A stretch of DNA of 64,000 nucleotides from Candidatus Bathyarchaeota archaeon (GTDB lineage Archaea > Thermoproteota > Bathyarchaeia > Bathyarchaeales > Bathycorpusculaceae). Numbering within the stretch: the first letter of the stretch is position 1; each line of letters starts with the position of its first letter. The DNA lies in NCBI GenBank assembly GCA_963707955.1, contig OY970176.1, forward strand, positions 1,344,001 to 1,408,000, written 5' to 3'. Position numbers and translations under genes: made by a program. Under the pieces are notes generated by a model that saw only the letters and a list, made by a program, of their open reading frames with translations, was not told the origin of the DNA and did not search any database. Of the stretch, positions 18,744 to 28,909 are shown piece after piece.

Positions 18744-19814
18744 TTGTTGGATTCAAGAATTCAGCATCTCGTCGAGGTTAGCAAGCAGGTGATCTCGGAT
18801 TGTGCATTGGAAAACGGGGCTATCGTCGCGGCGAATGGGTTCAAGGAATACTTTCCGAAAGAAGCTAAAGATTACATGTACGTGTGGCCCAGAGACGCAT
18901 CGTTTGCATGTGTGAGCGCGGATATTCTGCAGATGGAGAAGATACAGGAGCGTTTCTTTGACTGGTGTATCCACCGGGCAGAAGGCTTCATGGAAGGGGG
19001 CTGTCTCTGTCAGAACTATTCTGTTAACGGTCCTAAAGCCTCAGCGAATTTTCAGCCCGACCAAACTGGTTCTCTCTTGTGGGCGATTTGGCACCACTTT
19101 AAGGGAAAACCGAAAAGAGCCTTGAAATACGAGATGCTTGTCAAACAGGCAGCTAATGGCCTGTGCAATAAGTGGAAAGAAAATCACTTCGATGATACTA
19201 CAAACGACTTGTGGGAGGAGAGGTTCACCTTCCCCGATTTAGAGGATAATTTCACTTATTCACTTGCTGCATGCATCAAAGGCTTGAGGTGCGCAAACGA
19301 AATCGTTCCGAACAAGAAGTGGATGACCACTGCGGACAGCATGTTTCAAAGACTGAAAGAACACTACAGAAACTTCTTTATTAGAAGCTATGGAAGACTG
19401 AGCGATGAAAGAATCGACGCCTCAGCGCTTGGGCTCGTGTTTCCGTTTGACATTTTTCGGGCAGATGATCCGCGGATACTTGCCACAGTCGAACAAATTG
19501 AAAAGAAGCTGGTTCTTCGCGGCGGAATACACAGGTACGAAAGCGATGAATACGACGGGTGGATGTGCGGAGGCCTGCATCGAAGGAAAGGCGCAGGCGC
19601 TTGGCCGATCCTCAACTTCTGGATGAGCATATACTACGCGAAACTTGGCAACGGCGAAAAGGCTCTTCAATACTACAACTGGCCGCTTGAAAGAACTCGA
19701 GAATTTCTTCCTGAACAAATATTCGAGAACGATCTTCAAGTTTCAGTGAGACCGTTATGCTGGAGCCACGCGATGTTCATCATCGCTTCAAAAGAACTCG
19801 GTTACATACAGTGA
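18744..19814 (+). CDS. GH15 glucoamylase-like glycoside hydrolase
   Basis: YMYVWPRD, QPDQTG, DLWEE, IDASAL, GIHRYESDEY, LPEQ, PLCWSHA. TTG start chosen from the TATA-like TTAAAT near 18709. Confidence 0.85.
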   Translation: MLDSRIQHLVEVSKQVISDCALENGAIVAANGFKEYFPKEAKDYMYVWPRDASFACVSADILQMEKIQERFFDWCIHRAEGFMEGGCLCQNYSVNGPKASANFQPDQTGSLLWAIWHHFKGKPKRALKYEMLVKQAANGLCNKWKENHFDDTTNDLWEERFTFPDLEDNFTYSLAACIKGLRCANEIVPNKKWMTTADSMFQRLKEHYRNFFIRSYGRLSDERIDASALGLVFPFDIFRADDPRILATVEQIEKKLVLRGGIHRYESDEYDGWMCGGLHRRKGAGAWPILNFWMSIYYAKLGNGEKALQYYNWPLERTREFLPEQIFENDLQVSVRPLCWSHAMFIIASKELGYIQ

Positions 19815-19881
19815 CCTGATCAAGACCGCAAAGTTTAAGCAAATTCTGCGCATTCTGTCGTATTCGACTTGGTGTTGAAGA

Positions 19882-21415
19882 TTGGTCGACGTGCTCCTCA
19901 TTTTCAAAGTCCATCAACCTTACAGGCTTAGAGAGAGTTTCTTCTGGGAAAGAAATATGTTCAAAAGAAAAACCAAGGAGGAACTCTTTGATTTCTACTT
20001 CGACAGCGCAAAGAACAAGGAAATTTTCGACCGCGCCGCCAGAAAATGCTATTTTCCAGCAAACGGCATCCTGTTTGACCTGATCGACAGGTTCAAAAAA
20101 CAAAAAAAGAAGGTCAAAGTCTCATTCAGTATCTCAGGCGTCTTCCTTGAACAATGCGAAAGTTTCAACTCTGACCTTCTAGAATCATTCAAACAGCTTA
20201 GCGAGACAGGCTGCGTCGAATTCCTGGACCAGCCATACTATCACTCCTTAGCAGGATTGTACCCGGAGAGAGATGAGTTCACAGAACAAGTCCAGATGCA
20301 TCGACAACTAATGAAGGACTTGTTCCATTCTGAACCCGTCGCCCTTGAGAACACAGAGATGATCTACAACAACGCCATCGCAAGAGTCGTGGACAAAATG
20401 GGTTACGGCGCCATGTTCACTGAGGGAGTTGATAGGATCCTAAAGGGAAGGTCGCCGAACTATGTTTACATGGCCAAAGGTCTGCGAGAGACTCAGGGTT
20501 CTCCTCAGAAACTTCAAACTCACAGACGATGTTGCATTCCGGTTTTCAGTAAGAACGTGGAGCGACTGGCCACTCACAGCTGACAAGTACGCAGACTGGC
20601 TGGCAGCGACTCAGGGACAATGCATCACCATTTTTCCAGATTATGAAACTTTCGGAGAACACCACTGGCCCGAAACCGGCATACACGACTTTCTCAAAAA
20701 TCTGCCTCTGGAAATTTTAAAGCATGAAAACCTCTCTATGTCAACCCCCTCTGAAGCGCTGAGTAAATACGGAGCCACCGGAGAGATTGACGTTGAGGAA
20801 CTCGGCGACACCGTCTCCTGGGCTGACATCAACAGAGACACGAGCGGCTGGCTGGGAAACACAATGCAATGGGCGTATTACACGACGAGCAAGGAACTGG
20901 AACCGCTCGTTAAGGAATCAAACGACAGCGAATTCCTCAGATTGTGGCGATATTTTCTGACGAGCGACCATCTTTACTACATGTTCTCCGCTGGAGGGGC
21001 ACCCGGCGAGGTACACACGTACTTCAGCCCTTACAAATCGGCGGCAGATGCCTTCGTCACTGCGCAGGGAGCCCTGCTCGACTTCGAATCAAAACTGAGG
21101 GATTATTTGGACGCTGCAAATGAACCATTCCTGTTTTACACAGGAATGGGAGAAGAGAATTTCACAGGCATCAAAGCATGGAGTCTATTAGGCTTTCTCC
21201 AGGCGATACAAAGAATCGACACGGCGCTCATCGAGTTTCACAACCGAAAAGGAGATTTTGAAAAGTGGGCAATCGCGTCACTGCGGGACGAGAAAATGGG
21301 CAAGAAACTGGAGCAGATTCGAACCTCAAAGGTGCAAGGCGAAGAACTCCGTAGAAACTTGATAGCCACGATACAATCACGGTTGACTGAACTCAAGAAG
21401 CCCGTTTTTCGTTGA
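19882..21415 (+). CDS. GH57 alpha-amylase with C-terminal DUF5752-like domain, frameshift near 20480
   Basis: VHQPYR, ENTEMIY nucleophile, PDYETFGEH, TSDHLYYM, then FLFYTG...EFHNRKGDFEKW. Split over two ORFs that join seamlessly. Confidence 0.85.
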
Positions 21416-21432
21416 AAAATGAACGTTCGAGC

Positions 21433-22907
21433 CTAGGAAAAAGCCGAACACACCTTGACGATACCGAGTTTCGTGAGGAAATATCGGAGTCGCCGCAGAT
21501 CGTCTCTGTAGCCCGCTACGTAGCCAGAGTCCAAGACTTCTGAAGCAGACCGTGCAACCTAGCGACGCTCATTCCCAATAGCTCGGCTAACTCTGCTGGC
21601 CGTTTGGCGTTCTCCCTGTCGACGACCCCGAGAATGTGCATCAACAGAAGAACCCTCAAGTCCTCAGGAAACTCTTCAGACATGAGGAACGGAAACCTAA
21701 AATGAATGGTACCGTTCCGGGGCGCCGCTATTAACGCAAGATCATAGACCTTCATCGTCTTTTCAGCGATCTTATCCCAATCATAGTCCCTAAGCACTTT
21801 TCGATACCCGTCCTCTCGAATCTTTTTAGCTACATCAGAGTTCTTGAGCACCCTTAGAATTCCCCAAGCCAGCGAATCGGAGTTGTCAACGTAGACCTTG
21901 ATGCCCGTTTTTTCATGCTGCACTATTTCGCCTAATCCTCCTGTGTCGGTAACTATGACTGGCGTTCTTGCGGCCATCGCTTCCAAGGCTGTGATGCCAA
22001 ACGGTTCGTAAAGAGATGGAAAGACAGCAGCGTCACTTGCCCTGTAGATCGAAATCAGCGTTTCTTCGTTAACAAACCCTGCGAAAAAGACGTGGCTAGC
22101 CACGCCGAAATCCCATGCTTCCTTCACTAGATAATCTTTCATTCCGCCTTCTCCGACGATCACGAAGTTCACGTTCGGCATCACAGCCAAGACTTTGGGT
22201 ACTGCGCCGATGAGGACGTGCACGCCTTTCTCGTGGACGAGTCGTCCGACGAAGCACACTATTTTTTCCCCATTCTTCGCATACAGACGCTTAATGGGCA
22301 GAGTGTTGACTCTACCGTCAAACTTGGCTACGTTTACACCATTCGGAATTACGTGAAGCCTCTTACTATGCACGTTGAATGAGGAGGAGATTTGGTCAGC
22401 CATGTAATTGCTGCAGCAGATCACTTCCCAGCTTTGACTAATTAGGTGCCGTTCAACCTCGTCTATGGTCCTTTGGTAATCATTGTGGATTCCGCCTCTT
22501 CTTCCCATCTCAGTCGCGTGGATCGTTGAAACCAACGGTTTTGAGAAGGCGTCTCGAAGCTTCACGGCCGCTTCCGTGACCAGCCAGTCGTGAGCATGAA
22601 TGATGTCTACCTCCGCGTTGGCGTCGTTGATCACGTCGATGGCCCTTTCAGCCATGGCCTGATTCATCGAAAAAACCCATCCTAGGAAGCTTGTAGAGGG
22701 AATCTTCGAGTTAAAACGATGCACCTTAACCCGGCCGATTTGCTCATCTTCAGGTGCTCCTGGAAAGGAACAAGTCACCACGTGAACAGTCACGTTTTTG
22801 CGCGCAAGCGCCATGGAAAGTTCATAGACGTGCGAGGAGATTCCGCCTATGATTCTAGGAGGAAACTCCCAGCTCAACATGAGAACAGTGAATCCGCCGG
22901 CGGCCAT
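21433..22907 (-). CDS. GT4 glycosyltransferase fused to a C-terminal winged helix (frameshift near 21538 hides the last ~34 aa)
   Basis: WEFPP..GG, HAHDW, GRLVHEKG, PSLYEPFGITALEAM. The shifted frame continues VLDSGYVAGYRDDLRRLRYFLTKLGIVKVCSAFS* to TAG at 21433-21435. Confidence 0.85.
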
Positions 22908-22996
22908 GAACTATCACATCAAGATACGCTAACATGTATTTAGGGTCTATTGCACAAAAGTTATTTGGTCATTTATCTTCTTGAAAGAAGCAGAGA

Positions 22997-23260
22997 ATGA
23001 TAATGTTGAACGAGTATGATCTTCCCCTGTCAGAACGGCTCCTGATCACCCTGCACAACCTCTGTGCCACCAACGGCGACATGGCTAGAAAGAGCGACGA
23101 GCTAGTTCAGATTCTTCAAGCCGGCACGGACGAAGTCAACCAGAACCTAAACAGGCATATCTCTGACGGATACGTCGCCGCTTTCACGGATAATGAAGGA
23201 AACAGAAGATTCTACTTGACAAACACTGGGATAATAAGAGTCTGCTCACTTTTCAGCTAA
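22997..23260 (+). CDS. Small winged-helix protein
   Basis: ERLLITLH...DELVQIL...GYV...FYLTNTG wHTH pattern, homologous to the C-terminus of the divergent GT4. Confidence 0.75.
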   Translation: MIMLNEYDLPLSERLLITLHNLCATNGDMARKSDELVQILQAGTDEVNQNLNRHISDGYVAAFTDNEGNRRFYLTNTGIIRVCSLFS

Positions 23261-23274
23261 GGAAGTCAACAGTT

Positions 23275-23898
23275 TTGCGTGTGATAATCTTCACGTGGGA
23301 ATTTCCGCCTAGAATCGTCGGTCCGCTCGCGTATTACGTGAACAAGCTCGCAGTCGAATTGGCAAAGAAAAGCGTTGACACGTACGTGGTTACGTATAAC
23401 AGCTCTTGGGTTGGCTTTCACGCAGGCGCAGACGGCATAAAAGCCTACAGAATCTCAGACACGGTGAGACCTCAGATAAACGTCCTGACGTGGATGCTTA
23501 GCCTCAACCAGGAAGCTGAACGGGTCGCCTCAGACATCTACTACTCGATGAAACACGAAGTAAACCTGATAGACGTGCACGACTGGCACTTCGTACCAGC
23601 CGCGGTCACTTTGAAAAGGGCGCTGGGAATTCCTTTTGTTTTTTCAGTGGACAGCATTGAACCTCACAGGTCTCGAAACAGCAACGCGCCCTTAAGCTTG
23701 TCTATAACAAGCATCGAGTCGCTAGGAGTTTCCGAAGCCACGAAGATCATAGTCAAATCACAATGGATGAAGCAGGAACTGAAACACTATTACAATGCGC
23801 CAGACGACGTGACAGAGCTCGTCTTGCCTGAGTCTGAGGCATGGATAGAAGGAATCCTTGCGATTTATGAAAAGGGTCTGAGGGTGCTTGCCAGCTGA
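23275..23898 (+). CDS. GT4 N-terminal-domain-only protein
   Basis: WEFPPRIVG, DVHDW. Lacks GR..EKG and EPFG...E but keeps the terminal W..I..IY helix. Confidence 0.8.
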   Translation: MRVIIFTWEFPPRIVGPLAYYVNKLAVELAKKSVDTYVVTYNSSWVGFHAGADGIKAYRISDTVRPQINVLTWMLSLNQEAERVASDIYYSMKHEVNLIDVHDWHFVPAAVTLKRALGIPFVFSVDSIEPHRSRNSNAPLSLSITSIESLGVSEATKIIVKSQWMKQELKHYYNAPDDVTELVLPESEAWIEGILAIYEKGLRVLAS

Positions 23899-23915
23899 GC
23901 AGGCAACTTCGAGTT

Positions 23916-25103
23916 GTGATGCTTTCATGGGAATTTCCCCCGAGGACGGTAGGTGGGATTGCAGCCCATTTGTACTATTTATCTCGAGAACTCGTGAAGT
24001 TGGGTGTGGACACTTACATCGTGACATGTGATTTTCCTGGAGCGCCAGAACGTGAGGTGGTGAATGGCGCACATGTGGTGAGAGTAGATTCGTACAAGAC
24101 TCCTTCTCCAGACTTTGCGACTTGGGATTCTCTGATGAACGTGAACATGCAGAAGGAAACCGCGACTCTAATCAGCGATCTCGGTCGCCAAGTTGACATC
24201 ATTCACGCTCATGATTGGCTAGTGGCGAACGCGGCCTTGGGCCTCAAGCAGATCTTCCGAATCCCACTAGTAGCAACGATACATTCGACAGAAATCGGCA
24301 GGAGAAACGGGCTTCACACAGACTACGAAAGGATGATCCATCAAACCGAAAACTGGCTCGCTCACGAATCTTGGCGGATCATATGCTGCAGTCAATACAT
24401 GGCACAACATGTCATGTGGGCCTACGGGCTTCCGCAAGACAGGGTGATGGTTATTCCAAACGGAGTCGACGCCAGCGTGTACGAAAAGGAGTTTGACAGA
24501 ACCGAGTTCAGAAAAAGATTCGCCTTTCCAGAAGAGAAGATCGTGCTTTATGTCGGTCGGCTAGTATATGAAAAAGGCGTGCAGACTCTAGTCAGTGCTA
24601 TCCCGAAGATCCTGTCGAGAGTGAACGCAAAATTCGTAGTTGTCGGTGACGGAGGCATGAAGGACCACCTGATGCGGCAAGTAGCAAACATGCGTCTTAC
24701 GCACAGGATCATGTTCACAGGTTTTCTGGATGAAGAGAGCCTCAGAAAGCTGTATCAAATCGCTGACGTCTGCGTCGTGCCGTCTCTCTATGAACCGTTT
24801 GGCATCACAACCTTGGAAGCGATGGCCGCAAAGACGCCGTTGGTCGTCTCGAACACGGGAGGTCTCTCAGAAATTGTTGAGCATGATAAGACAGGAACAA
24901 AAGTCTATGCGGGCAACGCAGATTCGGTCGCTTGGGGAATAATAAGAATTTTACTTGATCCCGGATACGCAGACTGGATCAAACTCAACGCCTATAAGAA
25001 GGCCTTAGAAGTCTACGACTGGACCAGGATAGCAAAGGAAACGAAGGAATTCTACGAGCGGGTACTCAAAGAATACGATAGCGGCTCTTGGAAACCTACA
25101 TGA
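23916..25103 (+). CDS. GT4 glycosyltransferase (glycogen/alpha-glucan synthase-like)
   Basis: All GT4 motifs are present. The frame is open a few codons upstream (LSRQLRV), so the start may be CTG at 23895. Confidence 0.92.
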   Translation: MMLSWEFPPRTVGGIAAHLYYLSRELVKLGVDTYIVTCDFPGAPEREVVNGAHVVRVDSYKTPSPDFATWDSLMNVNMQKETATLISDLGRQVDIIHAHDWLVANAALGLKQIFRIPLVATIHSTEIGRRNGLHTDYERMIHQTENWLAHESWRIICCSQYMAQHVMWAYGLPQDRVMVIPNGVDASVYEKEFDRTEFRKRFAFPEEKIVLYVGRLVYEKGVQTLVSAIPKILSRVNAKFVVVGDGGMKDHLMRQVANMRLTHRIMFTGFLDEESLRKLYQIADVCVVPSLYEPFGITTLEAMAAKTPLVVSNTGGLSEIVEHDKTGTKVYAGNADSVAWGIIRILLDPGYADWIKLNAYKKALEVYDWTRIAKETKEFYERVLKEYDSGSWKPT

Positions 25104-26340
25104 TTCCGCAGAGCCTTTGGGCTTCATTGATTCTTTCCCTGGCTTTGAGAGAGCAGACGACTGACCGATCAAGCCAGTCTTTACTGCCCCACCAGAAGTC
25201 ATCGCTTGCTTCTGCCATGAGAAGCCAACGCCAAGCCTGGTCTAGCGCACTCTTTGCATCTGAAGAGCAGTTCATTCTTGCGCCTGCCATCTTTTCTTCA
25301 GCTTCACGGACATACCTGCTGGCCTCCAGAACACGCGCCCAAGTCCTCTGCCTCTCTTCGCCTCCGGTCCATTTCAGAAACCTGCCATCATCAAACGTGT
25401 CTGGAACATTCCAGCTTCCATCCTCAACCATCACCGTGTCCTTCGGCGGATGTTCAGCAAGGTACTCGCTTATGGTTGTCAATCTGATGAACTGAAAGTC
25501 AGGATCCTTCTTTAGAAGATAGAGAAGAGGCTCGAAAAACCATCCCCAAAAGCCTGCATTCTCTCCAGAGTGGCGGAACCACCCGTTTTCACCGTCAGTA
25601 GCTACGGTCAGCAGAAACTCCCCGTCGTTGTTTGGCACGATTTCTCTTTCAATTTCGTGTCTGAGCCAAACGGGGTTGTAGCCGCTCTGCTGCGCGATGC
25701 TGATCATTCTGTCGCGGGGGATCACAATTATGCGCTGTCCATCATACTCCGCAAAATGAGGCTTGTACAAGAGCTGAAACAAGTTCTCATTCTTGTTGGC
25801 GTTGACTATGTGAGGGCCATCGACTATCGTCCATTTTATGCCATTCTTTGCAAGCGCTGGAATCACCTTTGGGCTGAAGGCAAGCTCCGGCAGCCAAAAC
25901 CCCTCAGGTCTTGCTCCGAAAGTCTGCTCAAAGAGGCTCAAATGCGCCTCGATCTGCCTCAGCTGGTCATCCTCAGGTATAAGCGGAAATATGGGATGAA
26001 AATACCCGCAACCAGTGAATTCTGAGTTTCCGAGCCGCTTCGTCTCCTTGTACCTATCCCATATTCCGTTCAACCTTTGATCGAAACCAACACTTGCCAA
26101 CTCATTAATCTGCTCAATCAAACTGCCTGTAAAGTTCAGAGTAACCCTTGCGTTCTCATCCTTCTTGAGTGCCTCTGAAGGGTACGTGTAAGGGTGAAGC
26201 GTTTGGCCAAAAACGTCGCGAGCCAATTCTGACTCATACGTTGGGCCATTCAAGTTGTAACGTGGCTGATGCATGTGCAAGACCAGAGCAAAATACAAAG
26301 GTTGCCTATCCATTCTGCCATCGCCCAGATTCACTTGCAT
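25096..26340 (-). CDS. GH57 family glycoside hydrolase
   Basis: LHMHQP, YFHPIFPLI, GFWLPEL, ATDGENG, AEASDDFWW. Confidence 0.88.
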   Translation of the reverse strand: MQVNLGDGRMDRQPLYFALVLHMHQPRYNLNGPTYESELARDVFGQTLHPYTYPSEALKKDENARVTLNFTGSLIEQINELASVGFDQRLNGIWDRYKETKRLGNSEFTGCGYFHPIFPLIPEDDQLRQIEAHLSLFEQTFGARPEGFWLPELAFSPKVIPALAKNGIKWTIVDGPHIVNANKNENLFQLLYKPHFAEYDGQRIIVIPRDRMISIAQQSGYNPVWLRHEIEREIVPNNDGEFLLTVATDGENGWFRHSGENAGFWGWFFEPLLYLLKKDPDFQFIRLTTISEYLAEHPPKDTVMVEDGSWNVPDTFDDGRFLKWTGGEERQRTWARVLEASRYVREAEEKMAGARMNCSSDAKSALDQAWRWLLMAEASDDFWWGSKDWLDRSVVCSLKARERINEAQRLCGIM

Positions 26341-26370
26341 CTCGAAAGATAAAGTTATTATGGTGAATGC

Positions 26371-26961
26371 TTGCTATCTGAACTGAAGGTACCCTCTGTG
26401 CCCGAATTCTCACAAGACGAGATTACCGTTTTAAAAAAGATAGACCCCTTAGGAAAAGCGACACCTGAAAGCTTAGCTCGCATATTAGGCGAACCCTACA
26501 CCGTTCAGCATCTTTCCGCCTACTTGAAATCGTTGGAAGAGAAAACGCTTCTGAGAAGGACACAAGAAAATCGGTCAGTTTACGAATTAACCCCGCTCGG
26601 ACTCATAGCTATAGGAGCGCTACCTGAAAGCGCGAAGAAAATCTATTCACCATTGCCCCGTGAAAAATGCTTCTACTTCTACACCGGCGTCGGACCTGAC
26701 AAGTTCACGAAAATGTCGGCCTGTAGCCTCTTTGACTTCAAGGAAAAAACAAGAAAAGTCGACTCAAGATCGCTGGAATTTCACCTCCAGAGAGGCGACA
26801 TAGCAAAATGGTTCAATGAAGTCGTCGGCGAAGCAGAGCTGGCCAAAGAGTTTGACCGTTTGAAAACAGCAAACCTCTACGGCGAAGTGCTCAGGACCCG
26901 CATAACAAGGCTGATAGACGCCCGCATCGAAACACTGACTTACAGCAGAACCCGCGTCTGA
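26371..26961 (+). CDS. Winged-helix plus DUF5752-like protein (putative regulator)
   Basis: N-terminal wHTH ending YELTPLG; C-terminal FYFYTG...EFHLQRGDIAKW homologous to the GH57 tail domain. Confidence 0.75.
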   Translation: MLSELKVPSVPEFSQDEITVLKKIDPLGKATPESLARILGEPYTVQHLSAYLKSLEEKTLLRRTQENRSVYELTPLGLIAIGALPESAKKIYSPLPREKCFYFYTGVGPDKFTKMSACSLFDFKEKTRKVDSRSLEFHLQRGDIAKWFNEVVGEAELAKEFDRLKTANLYGEVLRTRITRLIDARIETLTYSRTRV

Positions 26962-26976
26962 TCCTCAAGTCTATCG

Positions 26977-27621
26977 ATGCCAGTGGGCTCTCCGATGCAC
27001 ATTCTGCTGCTCAGCTGGGAATATCCACCTAAGCGCCTAGGGAACATCGCTGACCACGTGAGCACCCTAGCCCATGAACTTGTCAAACGAGGACATGACA
27101 TCGAACTCGTAGTTCTGGACGATCTGAAGCAAGGGTTCGAAGACGTTGCTGGTGTCCACGTCCACAGGGTCGCCAACCCCATCAGAACTCACCCTATGGC
27201 AAGCATCCTCAGTTATTCCGTCACCGCCTCGCTGCAGATGGAAGCCGAATCCTCAAACATTATCTACTTCTATAAACAACAAGGGAAGAACATCGATTTG
27301 ATACACGCCCACGAGTGGCTCACGACATACCCAGCCATCGTTCTCAAACACGCCTTCCACACGCCTTTTGTGGTGACCTTTCACTCGATCGAGGGGCATC
27401 GCTGCCATGACAATTTCAACGCTACCAGCCTAGGGATCAAAGAAATCGAAGACATGAGCATATGGGAATCCAACTCTGTGATCACAAACACGGACTGGCT
27501 GAAAAAAGAGATCTTGAGATATTATGGCAAAGGCCACGATGAGAAAATAAAAGTGATCTGGCCTATTGGCTCAAACTGGGTTGACGAAATCGTTTCTGCG
27601 TACAGTATGGCTGCGCCATGA
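26977..27621 (+). CDS. GT4 N-terminal-domain-only protein
   Basis: WEYPP, HAHEW, no nucleotide-sugar domain, ends with WVDEIVSAY helix. Confidence 0.8.
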   Translation: MPVGSPMHILLLSWEYPPKRLGNIADHVSTLAHELVKRGHDIELVVLDDLKQGFEDVAGVHVHRVANPIRTHPMASILSYSVTASLQMEAESSNIIYFYKQQGKNIDLIHAHEWLTTYPAIVLKHAFHTPFVVTFHSIEGHRCHDNFNATSLGIKEIEDMSIWESNSVITNTDWLKKEILRYYGKGHDEKIKVIWPIGSNWVDEIVSAYSMAAP

Positions 27622-28827
27622 GTGATGCGGATGCGGGTTCTTCACCTGTCATGGGAATTTCCTCCTAGAATAATAGGAGGCGTAGCCTCACACGTCTTTG
27701 ATCTTTCCAGAGCCCTTGCTAGGAGGGGCTTAGAGGTACACGTTTTGACGTGCAACTTTCCAGGCGCGAAGAGGTTCGAGAACATTGACGGAGTCAACGT
27801 CAACAGATTTGAAGCCTACGCCACGGCAGACTCCTTCTTAGCATGGAGTCTTCGAATGCAGAAGAACATGGAGATCAGCGGCAGCGACCTGATCAGCCGA
27901 AGTGGAGCCTTCGACGTTATCCATGCGCATGATTGGCTTTCCGGCGTCGCCGGCATCGGACTAAAACACCTATACAGAAAACCTCTGATCACAACGATGC
28001 ACAGCACGGAATATGGCAGAAGAACAGGGATCCACAATGACCTTCAAGCGGCGATCCATGAAATTGAGGGCTGGATCGTAGGTGAATCTTGGCGAGTGAT
28101 CACCTGTTCATACTACATGCGCAACCACGTCGCCTGGTGTTTCCACACGTCTGAAAACAGAATAAACGTTATACCTAACGGCGTCGACATCACAAAATTC
28201 AGCTTCAACTTCAACTACTGGGAAGTCAGGAATCGATTCGCACACGAATCTGAAAGAATCCTGCTGTTCGTAGGGAGGTTCGTCCCTGAGAAGGGCTTAG
28301 ACACGCTCATCGAAGCGCTACCCATCGTCCTTGCAAACGGCTTAAATGTCAAACTAATCGTGGTCGGCGAAGGGCCCCAAAAAGAGGCCTATCAGGGAAT
28401 GGTTAACGATTACGACCTGCGCCAGAAAGTATTCTTCGCAGGGCACATTGACGATTGGACACTAAGAACCCTTTACCGGGTGGCAGACGTGACCGTGGTC
28501 CCCTCGAAATTTGAGCCTTTTGGTATAGTGGCACTGGAAGCAATGGCCGCCCATTGTCCATTAGTGACGACGACCACGGGCGGGCTGAACGAAATTGTGG
28601 ACGACGGCGGCACAGGCTTGAAAGTTCCAGTTGATGATCCCAACGCCTTAGCATGGGCAATCCTCAGGGTTGTGAGAGACGTCGGATTCAAAAACTACGT
28701 GGTAGAAAACGCCTATCGGAAGTGCTTATGGAACTACAACTGGGACAAAATCGCAGAATGGACAAACGGCGTCTACGATGCAGTTCTGAATGAGTACGCC
28801 AAAAGCACATGGAAACCATCTGGCTGA
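27622..28827 (+). CDS. GT4 glycosyltransferase
   Basis: WEFPPRIIGG, HAHDW, GRFVPEKG, PSKFEPFGIVALEAM. Confidence 0.92.
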   Translation: MMRMRVLHLSWEFPPRIIGGVASHVFDLSRALARRGLEVHVLTCNFPGAKRFENIDGVNVNRFEAYATADSFLAWSLRMQKNMEISGSDLISRSGAFDVIHAHDWLSGVAGIGLKHLYRKPLITTMHSTEYGRRTGIHNDLQAAIHEIEGWIVGESWRVITCSYYMRNHVAWCFHTSENRINVIPNGVDITKFSFNFNYWEVRNRFAHESERILLFVGRFVPEKGLDTLIEALPIVLANGLNVKLIVVGEGPQKEAYQGMVNDYDLRQKVFFAGHIDDWTLRTLYRVADVTVVPSKFEPFGIVALEAMAAHCPLVTTTTGGLNEIVDDGGTGLKVPVDDPNALAWAILRVVRDVGFKNYVVENAYRKCLWNYNWDKIAEWTNGVYDAVLNEYAKSTWKPSG

Positions 28828-28909
28828 ACAAACAACGCGCTGTTCCAGCAGACTCAGCATTCCTCTTTCCACTCACGCTATCTTTGCAATTTTGCCGCCA
28901 GCACCTCTT

